Shown: positions 38,061 to 51,639 of the stretch, piece after piece
Layout: every line of letters begins with the position of its first letter
Numbering within the stretch: the first letter of the stretch is position 1
Assembly: GCA_964016885.1 (NCBI GenBank)
Contig: OZ024745.1
Coordinates: 3,472,001 to 3,536,000, forward strand
From: Eledone cirrhosa
Lineage: Eukaryota
Length of the DNA stretch: 64,000 nt
Direction of reading: 5' to 3'
The notes under the pieces: generated by a model
Databases searched by the model: none
What the model saw: the letters and a program-made list of their open reading frames with translations, nothing else
What the model was told of the DNA's origin: nothing
Made by a program: the position numbers and the translations under genes

Positions 38061-41000
38061 TAGCGAGAATGTAAGGTTTAAGATAAGATCGCCGTATTTT
38101 GGGCATGATTTAACAATAAACGAAAATACAAGATTTGTTTTGTTTAAGAAAATACGATAGAGAAAATGCGGTGATAGGGAAAATATGATTTTTAGAGAAA
38201 AGATATGATATAGAATGGTGAAAATATGATATAGTGTGAAATTAGGACATAGAAGTGATTGAATGAATGGGTTCGAATGGAGAGAAGAATCGAGAAAAAA
38301 TTGGGCATAATTTAACAATAAACGAAAATACAAGATTTGTTTTGTTTAAGAAAATACGATAGAGAAAATGCGGTGATAGGGAAAATATGATTTTTAGAGA
38401 AAAGATATGATATAGAATGGTGAAAATATGATATAGTGTGAATTTAGGACATAGAAGTGATTGAATGAATGGGTTCGAATGGAGAGAAGAATCGAGAAAA
38501 AATTGGGCATAATTTAACAATAAACGAAAATACAAGATTTGTTTTGTTTAAGAAAATACGATAGAGAAAATGCGGTGATAGGGAAAATATGATTTTTAGA
38601 GAAAAGATATGATATAGAATGGTGAAAATATGATATAGTGTGAAATTAGGACATAGAAGTGATTGAATGAATGGGTTCGAATGGAGAGAAGAATCGAGAA
38701 AAAATTGGGCATAATTTAACAATAAACGAAAATACAAGATTTGTTTTGTTTAAGAAAATACGATAGAGAAAATGCGGTGATAGGGAAAATATGATTTTTA
38801 GAGAAAAGATATGATATAGAATGGTGAAAATATGATATAGTGTGAAATTAGGACATAGAAGTGATTGAATGAATGGGTTCGAATGGAGAGAAGAATCGAG
38901 AAAAAATTGGGCATAATTTAACAATAAACGAAAATACAAGATTTGTTTTGTTTAAGAAAATACGATAGAGAAAATGCGGTGATAGGGAAAATATGATTTT
39001 TAGAGAAAAGATATGATATAGAATGGTGAAAATATGATATAGTGTGAAATTAGGACATAGAAGTGATTGAATGAATGGGTTCGAATGGAGAGAAGAATCG
39101 AGAAAAAATTGGGCATAATTTAACAATAAACGAAAATACAAGATTTGTTTTGTTTAAGAAAATACGATAGAGAAAATGCGGTGATAGGGAAAATATGATT
39201 TTTAGAGAAAAGATATGATATAGAATGGTGAAAATATGATATAGTGTGAAATTAGGACATAGAAGTGATTGAATGAATGGGTTCGAATGGAGAGAAGAAT
39301 CGAGAAAAAATTGGGCATAATTTAACAATAAACGAAAATACAAGATTTGTTTTGTTTAAGAAAATACGATAGAGAAAATGCGGTGATAGGGAAAATATGA
39401 TTTTTAGAGAAAAGATATGATATAGAATGGTGAAAATATGATATAGTGTGAAATTAGGACATAGAAGTGATTGAATGAATGGGTTCGAATGGAGAGAAGA
39501 ATCGAGAAAAAATTGGGCATAATTTAACAATAAACGAAAATACAAGATTTGTTTTGTTTAAGAAAATACGATAGAGAAAATGCGGTGATAGGGAAAATAT
39601 GATTTTTAGAGAAAAGATATGATATAGAATGGTGAAAATATGATATAGTGTGAAATTAGGACATAGAAGTGATTGAATGAATGGGTTCGAATGGAGAGAA
39701 GAATCGAGAAAAAATTGGGCATAATTTAACAATAAACGAAAATACAAGATTTGTTTTGTTTAAGAAAATACGATAGAGAAAATGCGGTGATAGGGAAAAT
39801 ATGATTTTTAGAGAAAAGATATGATATAGAATGGTGAAAATATGATATAGTGTGAATTTAGGACATAGAAGTGATTGAATGAATGGGTTCGAATGGAGAG
39901 AAGAATCGAGAAAAAATTGGGCATAATTTAACAATAAACGAAAATACAAGATTTGTTTTGTTTAAGAAAATACGATAGAGAAAATGCGGTGATAGGGAAA
40001 ATATGATTTTTAGAGAAAAGATATGATATAGAATGGTGAAAATATGATATAGTGTGAAATTAGGACATAGAAGTGATTGAATGAATGGGTTCGAATGGAG
40101 AGAAGAATCGAGAAAAAATTGGGCATAATTTAACAATAAACGAAAATACAAGATTTGTTTTGTTTAAGAAAATACGATAGAGAAAATGCGGTGATAGGGA
40201 AAATATGATTTTTAGAGAAAAGATATGATATAGAATGGTGAAAATATGATATAGTGTGAAATTAGGACATAGAAGTGATTGAATGAATGGGTTCGAATGG
40301 AGAGAAGAATCGAGAAAAAATTGGGCATAATTTAACAATAAACGAAAATACAAGATTTGTTTTGTTTAAGAAAATACGATAGAGAAAATGCGGTGATAGG
40401 GAAAATATGATTTTTAGAGAAAAGATATGATATAGAATGGTGAAAATATGATATAGTGTGAATTTAGGACATAGAAGTGATTGAATGAATGGGTTCGAAT
40501 GGAGAGAAGAATCGAGAAAAAATTGGGCATAATTTAACAATAAACGAAAATACAAGATTTGTTTTGTTTAAGAAAATACGATAGAGAAAATGCGGTGATA
40601 GGGAAAATATGATTTTTAGAGAAAAGATATGATATAGAATGGTGAAAATATGATATAGTGTGAAATTAGGACATAGAAGTGATTGAATGAATGGGTTCGA
40701 ATGGAGAGAAGAATCGAGAAAAAATTGGGCATAATTTAACAATAAACGAAAATACAAGATTTGTTTTGTTTAAGAAAATACGATAGAGAAAATGCGGTGA
40801 TAGGGAAAATATGATTTTTAGAGAAAAGATATGATATAGAATGGTGAAAATATGATATAGTGTGAAATTAGGACATAGAAGTGATTGAATGAATGGGTTC
40901 GAATGGAGAGAAGAATCGAGAAAAAATTGGGCATAATTTAACAATAAACGAAAATACAAGATTTGTTTTGTTTAAGAAAATACGATAGAGAAAATGCGGT

Positions 41001-44000
41001 GATAGGGAAAATATGATTTTTAGAGAAAAGATATGATATAGAATGGTGAAAATATGATATAGTGTGAAATTAGGACATAGAAGTGATTGAATGAATGGGT
41101 TCGAATGGAGAGAAGAATCGAGAAAAAATTGGGCATAATTTAACAATAAACGAAAATACAAGATTTGTTTTGTTTAAGAAAATACGATAGAGAAAATGCG
41201 GTGATAGGGAAAATATGATTTTTAGAGAAAAGATATGATATAGAATGGTGAAAATATGATATAGTGTGAAATTAGGACATAGAAGTGATTGAATGAATGG
41301 GTTCGAATGGAGAGAAGAATCGAGAAAAAATTGGGCATAATTTAACAATAAACGAAAATACAAGATTTGTTTTGTTTAAGAAAATACGATAGAGAAAATG
41401 CGGTGATAGGGAAAATATGATTTTTAGAGAAAAGATATGATATAGAATGGTGAAAATATGATATAGTGTGAATTTAGGACATAGAAGTGATTGAATGAAT
41501 GGGTTCGAATGGAGAGAAGAATCGAGAAAAAATTGGGCATAATTTAACAATAAACGAAAATACAAGATTTGTTTTGTTTAAGAAAATACGATAGAGAAAA
41601 TGCGGTGATAGGGAAAATATGATTTTTAGAGAAAAGATATGATATAGAATGGTGAAAATATGATATAGTGTGAAATTAGGACATAGAAGTGATTGAATGA
41701 ATGGGTTCGAATGGAGAGAAGAATCGAGAAAAAATTGGGCATAATTTAACAATAAACGAAAATACAAGATTTGTTTTGTTTAAGAAAATACGATAGAGAA
41801 AATGCGGTGATAGGGAAAATATGATTTTTAGAGAAAAGATATGATATAGAATGGTGAAAATATGATATAGTGTGAAATTAGGACATAGAAGTGATTGAAT
41901 GAATGGGTTCGAATGGAGAGAAGAATCGAGAAAAAATTGGGCATAATTTAACAATAAACGAAAATACAAGATTTGTTTTGTTTAAGAAAATACGATAGAG
42001 AAAATGCGGTGATAGGGAAAATATGATTTTTAGAGAAAAGATATGATATAGAATGGTGAAAATATGATATAGTGTGAATTTAGGACATAGAAGTGATTGA
42101 ATGAATGGGTTCGAATGGAGAGAAGAATCGAGAAAAAATTGGGCATAATTTAACAATAAACGAAAATACAAGATTTGTTTTGTTTAAGAAAATACGATAG
42201 AGAAAATGCGGTGATAGGGAAAATATGATTTTTAGAGAAAAGATATGATATAGAATGGTGAAAATATGATATAGTGTGAAATTAGGACATAGAAGTGATT
42301 GAATGAATGGGTTCGAATGGAGAGAAGAATCGAGAAAAATTTGAACGTTACTTTATACCGAAGGGAACAGCCATCCCAGAAATAGCGAGTTGGCGATTTT
42401 GATTAATTTTGGTAGGGTTTTATCTTATATGTATAGAGAGGGAGGGGGGGGGCAGGAACCAGCATGATGAATGGGTAGGGGGTAGAATATGGGATGGAGC
42501 AGAGGTTAAAAGTTTAAATAGGTACTCGAAGATTTGCGTAAAACTTAGCAAGTTTAACAAATTATATTTAAAGGAATATATAATAGTGATAGCGAGAATG
42601 TAAGGTTTAAGATAAGATCGCCGTATTTTGGGCATGATTTAACAATAAACGAAAATACAAGATTTGTTTTGTTTAAGAAAATACGATAGAGAAAATGCGG
42701 TGATAGGGAAAATATGATTTTTAGAGAAAAGATATGATATAGAATGGTGAAAATATGATATAGTGTGAAATTAGGACATAGAAGTGATTGAATGAATGGG
42801 TTCGAATGGAGAGAAGAATCGAGAAAAAATTGGGCATAATTTAACAATAAACGAAAATACAAGATTTGTTTTGTTTAAGAAAATACGATAGAGAAAATGC
42901 GGTGATAGGGAAAATATGATTTTTAGAGAAAAGATATGATATAGAATGGTGAAAATATGATATAGTGTGAATTTAGGACATAGAAGTGATTGAATGAATG
43001 GGTTCGAATGGAGAGAAGAATCGAGAAAAAATTGGGCATAATTTAACAATAAACGAAAATACAAGATTTGTTTTGTTTAAGAAAATACGATAGAGAAAAT
43101 GCGGTGATAGGGAAAATATGATTTTTAGAGAAAAGATATGATATAGAATGGTGAAAATATGATATAGTGTGAAATTAGGACATAGAAGTGATTGAATGAA
43201 TGGGTTCGAATGGAGAGAAGAATCGAGAAAAAATTGGGCATAATTTAACAATAAACGAAAATACAAGATTTGTTTTGTTTAAGAAAATACGATAGAGAAA
43301 ATGCGGTGATAGGGAAAATATGATTTTTAGAGAAAAGATATGATATAGAATGGTGAAAATATGATATAGTGTGAAATTAGGACATAGAAGTGATTGAATG
43401 AATGGGTTCGAATGGAGAGAAGAATCGAGAAAAAATTGGGCATAATTTAACAATAAACGAAAATACAAGATTTGTTTTGTTTAAGAAAATACGATAGAGA
43501 AAATGCGGTGATAGGGAAAATATGATTTTTAGAGAAAAGATATGATATAGAATGGTGAAAATATGATATAGTGTGAAATTAGGACATAGAAGTGATTGAA
43601 TGAATGGGTTCGAATGGAGAGAAGAATCGAGAAAAAATTGGGCATAATTTAACAATAAACGAAAATACAAGATTTGTTTTGTTTAAGAAAATACGATAGA
43701 GAAAATGCGGTGATAGGGAAAATATGATTTTTAGAGAAAAGATATGATATAGAATGGTGAAAATATGATATAGTGTGAAATTAGGACATAGAAGTGATTG
43801 AATGAATGGGTTCGAATGGAGAGAAGAATCGAGAAAAAATTGGGCATAATTTAACAATAAACGAAAATACAAGATTTGTTTTGTTTAAGAAAATACGATA
43901 GAGAAAATGCGGTGATAGGGAAAATATGATTTTTAGAGAAAAGATATGATATAGAATGGTGAAAATATGATATAGTGTGAAATTAGGACATAGAAGTGAT

Positions 44001-47000
44001 TGAATGAATGGGTTCGAATGGAGAGAAGAATCGAGAAAAAATTGGGCATAATTTAACAATAAACGAAAATACAAGATTTGTTTTGTTTAAGAAAATACGA
44101 TAGAGAAAATGCGGTGATAGGGAAAATATGATTTTTAGAGAAAAGATATGATATAGAATGGTGAAAATATGATATAGTGTGAAATTAGGACATAGAAGTG
44201 ATTGAATGAATGGGTTCGAATGGAGAGAAGAATCGAGAAAAAATTGGGCATAATTTAACAATAAACGAAAATACAAGATTTGTTTTGTTTAAGAAAATAC
44301 GATAGAGAAAATGCGGTGATAGGGAAAATATGATTTTTAGAGAAAAGATATGATATAGAATGGTGAAAATATGATATAGTGTGAATTTAGGACATAGAAG
44401 TGATTGAATGAATGGGTTCGAATGGAGAGAAGAATCGAGAAAAAATTGGGCATAATTTAACAATAAACGAAAATACAAGATTTGTTTTGTTTAAGAAAAT
44501 ACGATAGAGAAAATGCGGTGATAGGGAAAATATGATTTTTAGAGAAAAGATATGATATAGAATGGTGAAAATATGATATAGTGTGAAATTAGGACATAGA
44601 AGTGATTGAATGAATGGGTTCGAATGGAGAGAAGAATCGAGAAAAAATTGGGCATAATTTAACAATAAACGAAAATACAAGATTTGTTTTGTTTAAGAAA
44701 ATACGATAGAGAAAATGCGGTGATAGGGAAAATATGATTTTTAGAGAAAAGATATGATATAGAATGGTGAAAATATGATATAGTGTGAAATTAGGACATA
44801 GAAGTGATTGAATGAATGGGTTCGAATGGAGAGAAGAATCGAGAAAAAATTGGGCATAATTTAACAATAAACGAAAATACAAGATTTGTTTTGTTTAAGA
44901 AAATACGATAGAGAAAATGCGGTGATAGGGAAAATATGATTTTTAGAGAAAAGATATGATATAGAATGGTGAAAATATGATATAGTGTGAATTTAGGACA
45001 TAGAAGTGATTGAATGAATGGGTTCGAATGGAGAGAAGAATCGAGAAAAAATTGGGCATAATTTAACAATAAACGAAAATACAAGATTTGTTTTGTTTAA
45101 GAAAATACGATAGAGAAAATGCGGTGATAGGGAAAATATGATTTTTAGAGAAAAGATATGATATAGAATGGTGAAAATATGATATAGTGTGAAATTAGGA
45201 CATAGAAGTGATTGAATGAATGGGTTCGAATGGAGAGAAGAATCGAGAAAAAATTGGGCATAATTTAACAATAAACGAAAATACAAGATTTGTTTTGTTT
45301 AAGAAAATACGATAGAGAAAATGCGGTGATAGGGAAAATATGATTTTTAGAGAAAAGATATGATATAGAATGGTGAAAATATGATATAGTGTGAAATTAG
45401 GACATAGAAGTGATTGAATGAATGGGTTCGAATGGAGAGAAGAATCGAGAAAAAATTGGGCATAATTTAACAATAAACGAAAATACAAGATTTGTTTTGT
45501 TTAAGAAAATACGATAGAGAAAATGCGGTGATAGGGAAAATATGATTTTTAGAGAAAAGATATGATATAGAATGGTGAAAATATGATATAGTGTGAAATT
45601 AGGACATAGAAGTGATTGAATGAATGGGTTCGAATGGAGAGAAGAATCGAGAAAAAATTGGGCATAATTTAACAATAAACGAAAATACAAGATTTGTTTT
45701 GTTTAAGAAAATACGATAGAGAAAATGCGGTGATAGGGAAAATATGATTTTTAGAGAAAAGATATGATATAGAATGGTGAAAATATGATATAGTGTGAAA
45801 TTAGGACATAGAAGTGATTGAATGAATGGGTTCGAATGGAGAGAAGAATCGAGAAAAAATTGGGCATAATTTAACAATAAACGAAAATACAAGATTTGTT
45901 TTGTTTAAGAAAATACGATAGAGAAAATGCGGTGATAGGGAAAATATGATTTTTAGAGAAAAGATATGATATAGAATGGTGAAAATATGATATAGTGTGA
46001 ATTTAGGACATAGAAGTGATTGAATGAATGGGTTCGAATGGAGAGAAGAATCGAGAAAAAATTGGGCATAATTTAACAATAAACGAAAATACAAGATTTG
46101 TTTTGTTTAAGAAAATACGATAGAGAAAATGCGGTGATAGGGAAAATATGATTTTTAGAGAAAAGATATGATATAGAATGGTGAAAATATGATATAGTGT
46201 GAAATTAGGACATAGAAGTGATTGAATGAATGGGTTCGAATGGAGAGAAGAATCGAGAAAAAATTGGGCATAATTTAACAATAAACGAAAATACAAGATT
46301 TGTTTTGTTTAAGAAAATACGATAGAGAAAATGCGGTGATAGGGAAAATATGATTTTTAGAGAAAAGATATGATATAGAATGGTGAAAATATGATATAGT
46401 GTGAAATTAGGACATAGAAGTGATTGAATGAATGGGTTCGAATGGAGAGAAGAATCGAGAAAAAATTGGGCATAATTTAACAATAAACGAAAATACAAGA
46501 TTTGTTTTGTTTAAGAAAATACGATAGAGAAAATGCGGTGATAGGGAAAATATGATTTTTAGAGAAAAGATATGATATAGAATGGTGAAAATATGATATA
46601 GTGTGAATTTAGGACATAGAAGTGATTGAATGAATGGGTTCGAATGGAGAGAAGAATCGAGAAAAAATTGGGCATAATTTAACAATAAACGAAAATACAA
46701 GATTTGTTTTGTTTAAGAAAATACGATAGAGAAAATGCGGTGATAGGGAAAATATGATTTTTAGAGAAAAGATATGATATAGAATGGTGAAAATATGATA
46801 TAGTGTGAAATTAGGACATAGAAGTGATTGAATGAATGGGTTCGAATGGAGAGAAGAATCGAGAAAAATTTGAACGTTACTTTATACCGAAGGGAACAGC
46901 CATCCCAGAAATAGCGAGTTGGCGATTTTGATTAATTTTGGTAGGGTTTTATCTTATATGTATAGAGAGGGAGGGGGGGGGCAGGAACCAGCATGATGAA

Positions 47001-48189
47001 TGGGTAGGGGGTAGAATATGGGATGGAGCAGAGGTTAAAAGTTTAAATAGGTACTCGAAGATTTGCGTAAAACTTAGCAAGTTTAACAAATTATATTTAA
47101 AGGAATATATAATAGTGATAGCGAGAATGTAAGGTTTAAGATAAGATCGCCGTATTTTGGGCATGATTTAACAATAAACGAAAATACAAGATTTGTTTTG
47201 TTTAAGAAAATACGATAGAGAAAATGCGGTGATAGGGAAAATATGATTTTTAGAGAAAAGATATGATATAGAATGGTGAAAATATGATATAGTGTGAAAT
47301 TAGGACATAGAAGTGATTGAATGAATGGGTTCGAATGGAGAGAAGAATCGAGAAAAAATTGGGCATAATTTAACAATAAACGAAAATACAAGATTTGTTT
47401 TGTTTAAGAAAATACGATAGAGAAAATGCGGTGATAGGGAAAATATGATTTTTAGAGAAAAGATATGATATAGAATGGTGAAAATATGATATAGTGTGAA
47501 TTTAGGACATAGAAGTGATTGAATGAATGGGTTCGAATGGAGAGAAGAATCGAGAAAAAATTGGGCATAATTTAACAATAAACGAAAATACAAGATTTGT
47601 TTTGTTTAAGAAAATACGATAGAGAAAATGCGGTGATAGGGAAAATATGATTTTTAGAGAAAAGATATGATATAGAATGGTGAAAATATGATATAGTGTG
47701 AAATTAGGACATAGAAGTGATTGAATGAATGGGTTCGAATGGAGAGAAGAATCGAGAAAAATTTGAACGTTACTTTATACCGAAGGGAACAGCCATCCCA
47801 GAAATAGCGAGTTGGCGATTTTGATTAATTTTGGTAGGGTTTTATCTTATATGTATAGAGAGGGAGGGGGGGGGGGGCAGGAACCAGCATGATGAATGGG
47901 TAGGGGGTAGAATATGGGATGGAGCAGAGGTTAAAAGTTTAAATAGGTACTCGAAGATTTGCGTAAAACTTAGCAAGTTTAACAAATTATATTTAAAGGA
48001 ATATATAATAGTGATAGCGAGAATGTAAGGTTTAAGATAAGATCGCCGTATTTTGGGCATGATTTAACAATAAACGAAAATACAAGATTTGTTTTGTTTA
48101 AGAAAATACGATAGCGAAAATGCGGTGATAGGGAAAATATGATTTTTAGAGAAAAGATATGATATAGAATGGTGAAAATATGATATAGT
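38061..48189. repeat. composite tandem array: 21 x 202 bp, spacer, 21 x 202 bp, spacer, 3 x 202 bp, spacer, partial monomer
   Basis: 202-bp periodicity is visible in the sequence and in the ORF track. Spacers at 42341-42627, 46870-47156 and 47763-48052. Confidence 0.99.
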
Positions 48190-48210
48190 ATTATATATAT
48201 ATTATATATA

Positions 48211-48286
<76 letters not shown>

Positions 48287-48297
48287 ATATATATATA

Positions 48298-48342
<45 letters not shown>

Positions 48343-48344
48343 AT

Positions 48345-48376
<32 letters not shown>

Positions 48377-48564
48377 ATTATATATATTATATATATATTA
48401 TATATATATTATATATATATTATATATATATATATATTATATATATATTATATATATATTATATATATATTATATATATATATATTATATATATATATAT
48501 ATTATATATATATTATATATATATATATATTATATATATATATATATTATATATATATATATAT

Positions 48565-48598
<34 letters not shown>

Positions 48599-48753
48599 AT
48601 ATATATATAATATATATATATATATAATATATATATATATATATAATATATATATAATATATATATAATATATATATATAAATAATATATATATAATATA
48701 TATATATATATAATATATATATAATATATATATAATATATATATAATATATAT

Positions 48754-48818
<65 letters not shown>

Positions 48819-48820
48819 AT

Positions 48821-48867
<47 letters not shown>

Positions 48868-48875
48868 ATATATAT

Positions 48876-48910
<35 letters not shown>

Positions 48911-48960
48911 ATATATATATAATATATATATAATATATATATGATATATATATAATATAT

Positions 48961-49002
<42 letters not shown>

Positions 49003-49096
49003 ATATTATATATGTATATATATATTATATATATATATTATATATATATATATTATATATATATATTATATATATATATATATTATATATATATAT

Positions 49097-49128
<32 letters not shown>

Positions 49129-49222
49129 ATTATATATATATATATATATTATATATATATATTATATTTATATATATATATATTATATATATATATTATA
49201 TATATATATATTATATATATAT

Positions 49223-49311
<89 letters not shown>

Positions 49312-49381
49312 ATATATATCATATATATATATATATTATATATATATTATATATATATATATTATATATATATATTATATA

Positions 49382-49426
<45 letters not shown>

Positions 49427-49551
49427 ATATATTATATATATATATATATTATATATATATATATATTATATATATATATATATTATATATATATATATAT
49501 TATATATATATATATATTATATATATATATATATTATATATATATATATAT

Positions 49552-49615
<64 letters not shown>

Positions 49616-49691
49616 ATATTATATATATATATTATATATATATATATATTATATATATATATATATTATATATATATATATTATATATATA
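48190..49691. repeat. 1.5-kb imperfect (TA)n tract
   Basis: Direct reading; TTA- and TAA-type interruptions occur in blocks. Confidence 0.98.
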
Positions 49692-51639
49692 TTACTCTTT
49701 TACTCATTTACCTGTTTCAGCCATCCGGCTGAGGCCATGCTGGGGCACCGCCCTTGTTGCTACACATTTTATCTCCAGCCTGTATAGGTTGGCCACTGGT
49801 GTAGGAGGGAGTTTGTTGCTGCTGCCCTTAGGTTTCCCTCGTGTCTTGCTGTGGGCTCATCCGGGATCCTGGATAACAAGGTGTCGAGATGTTTCTTAAA
49901 GACATCCACCTCCACGTCATGCAAGTCTCGCAGATGCCTCGGCAGCCTGTTGAAGAGTTGAGGGCCCTTGAATCCCAGGCTATTGCAATACCTGCTCCTT
50001 ATTCTAGATGTGGAAGACGGGACCTTTGGCACCACACAGTGACGTCCTGTTCGACGGTTGGTCCAGCTCCCAATGCCAAAGTTTGGTGCTAGTCCCTCCA
50101 GGATTTTCCACATGTAGATCACTGCGTATCTCTCCAGTCTTCGCTCCAAGGAGTAGAGGTTCAGTTCCTTCAGCCTCTCCCAGTAGCTTGTCTCCCTCAT
50201 CTTGGCAATCCTCTTGGTGTAGCTTCGCTGGATTGCCTCAAGCTCTGTGGTTAGTTTGACACTATGGGGTGACCACAGCTGGGAGCAGTAGTCCAGGCGG
50301 CTTAGGACAAAAGTCCTCCACAGTGTCAACATGGTGTCTCGATCTCTTGTAAGGAAAGTCCTCAAGATCCAGCCAGCGAATCGTCTACATGCTGTCGCCA
50401 CCTTCATGATGTGTGAAGAAAAAGATGCATCATCGCTCATGTCTATGCCCAGGTCTCGTATCGATTTTGACACGGGGATATCGGTCCCTCCTGGTCCTGT
50501 GTAGCTGTGTTCCGCTATATTTGTGTTTGTGTTTGCAGGTTTGTATTGTAGGGCTTGGAATTTGCCAGCATTAAACTGCATGTTGTTTTCTTCCGCCCAT
50601 CTGTATATGGCATCCAGATCCTGCTGTAAGAGGGCAGCGTCAGCCGGGTTTTTGATTGCCTGTGCTACCTTAGTGTCATCAGCATAGCTAGTGAGGGATG
50701 TTGTTGCATGCACCACAGAGGGCATGTCCGAGAGAGCCACTAAAAACAGTAGTGGTCCCAGGACTGTCCCCTGAGGCACCCCACTTGTTATCGGTGTTTC
50801 CCTCGAGAGGGCCCCATTTGCTGCGACTGCCTGGCTTCTGTCCCTCAGGAAGCCATGCAGCCACTCACCTACTTTTCCAGTTATGCCGAGTCCGTGTAGT
50901 TTGTGACATATCATTCCGTGGTCGACCTTGTCAAAGGCCTTCGCAAAGTCAAGATATATCACGTCTACATGTGAGCTGTCTAGTAGCTGTCTCAGTACCC
51001 AGTCGTAGTGATGTAGCAGCTGTGTAAGGCAGCTTCTTCCTGGGCGGAAGCCATGTTGCGTGCTAGTCAGGCGGTCATTTTCTTCGAGGAAAGTGATTAG
51101 TTTCTTTCTGACGACTCGCTCCATGACCTTACTGATATGCGACGTCAGGGAGACTGGCCTATAGTTCTTGGCCTCCGCTCTACTACCTCCTTTATGGATA
51201 GGGCATATTGTGCCTTCTTTCAGCTCCCTGGGTAGTACACCGCTAGCCAAGGAGCTTCTGAAGAGCATCTTCAGTGGAGTTGCTAAGGCCCGCTTACATA
51301 TTTTTAGGAGAACTGCTGGGAATCCATCAGGTCCAGCAGCCGAGTCTGTTCTAATTTCATCAATGGCGTACACCACATCCTCCTCCGTTATGTCTATGTG
51401 GTTGATGGTTGCCATTTCTTGATGTAGTGTTGTGGCATCAAAGAACTCCTCTGGCTTCGTTATTTGCATGTGCCTCAGTGGACATGTGAAGACACTTTTG
51501 TACTGTTCGTTCAATATTTCATATATCTCTTGGGGATTTTCGGTTAATGAACCGTCCGTGTGGAAGAGTGGTCCAATCTTGCAGTGTACTGAGGCAGTTT
51601 CTTTTGCAAATTTAAAGAAGGCCTTAGGGTTTGTTTTAA
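49692..51639 (-). mobile_element. CR1-group LINE, family D, 5'-truncated
   Basis: RT ORF. The 3' end reads TTACTCTTTTACTCATTTACCTGTTTCAGCC...GGCCATGCTGGGGCACCGCC on the plus strand. Flanked by TA on both sides. Confidence 0.88.
49769..51514 (-). CDS. CR1-group reverse transcriptase and C-terminal domain (partial, 5'-truncated; frame open to ~51639)
   Basis: [55 protein letters not shown]. Confidence 0.93.
   Translation of the reverse strand: MNEQYKSVFTCPLRHMQITKPEEFFDATTLHQEMATINHIDITEEDVVYAIDEIRTDSAAGPDGFPAVLLKICKRALATPLKMLFRSSLASGVLPRELKEGTICPIHKGGSRAEAKNYRPVSLTSHISKVMERVVRKKLITFLEENDRLTSTQHGFRPGRSCLTQLLHHYDWVLRQLLDSSHVDVIYLDFAKAFDKVDHGMICHKLHGLGITGKVGEWLHGFLRDRSQAVAANGALSRETPITSGVPQGTVLGPLLFLVALSDMPSVVHATTSLTSYADDTKVAQAIKNPADAALLQQDLDAIYRWAEENNMQFNAGKFQALQYKPANTNTNIAEHSYTGPGGTDIPVSKSIRDLGIDMSDDASFSSHIMKVATACRRFAGWILRTFLTRDRDTMLTLWRTFVLSRLDYCSQLWSPHSVKLTTELEAIQRSYTKRIAKMRETSYWERLKELNLYSLERRLERYAVIYMWKILEGLAPNFGIGSWTNRRTGRHCVVPKVPSSTSRIRSRYCNSLGFKGPQLFNRLPRHLRDLHDVEVDVFKKHLDTLLSRIPDEPTARHEGNLRAAATNSLLHQWPTYTGWR

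Larger units (their letters stand above)
34328..48189 (-). mobile_element. RTE-clade LINE, family A copy 2, 5'-complete, including a 10-kb 5' tandem array
   Basis: (CAT)n tail 34328-34352, 3' hairpin, 1006-aa ORF, unique leader to ~38060, then a contiguous 202-bp/spacer array ending at TA at 48190. Confidence 0.87.

Noticed and set aside
37974-48060. Dozens of identical 97-aa minus-strand ORFs (MYFRLLLNY...) and 64-72-aa spacer ORFs
   Set aside because: By-products of the 202-bp periodicity and pyrimidine skew. The monomer ORFs start at TTG, overlap one another and show no recognisable domain.
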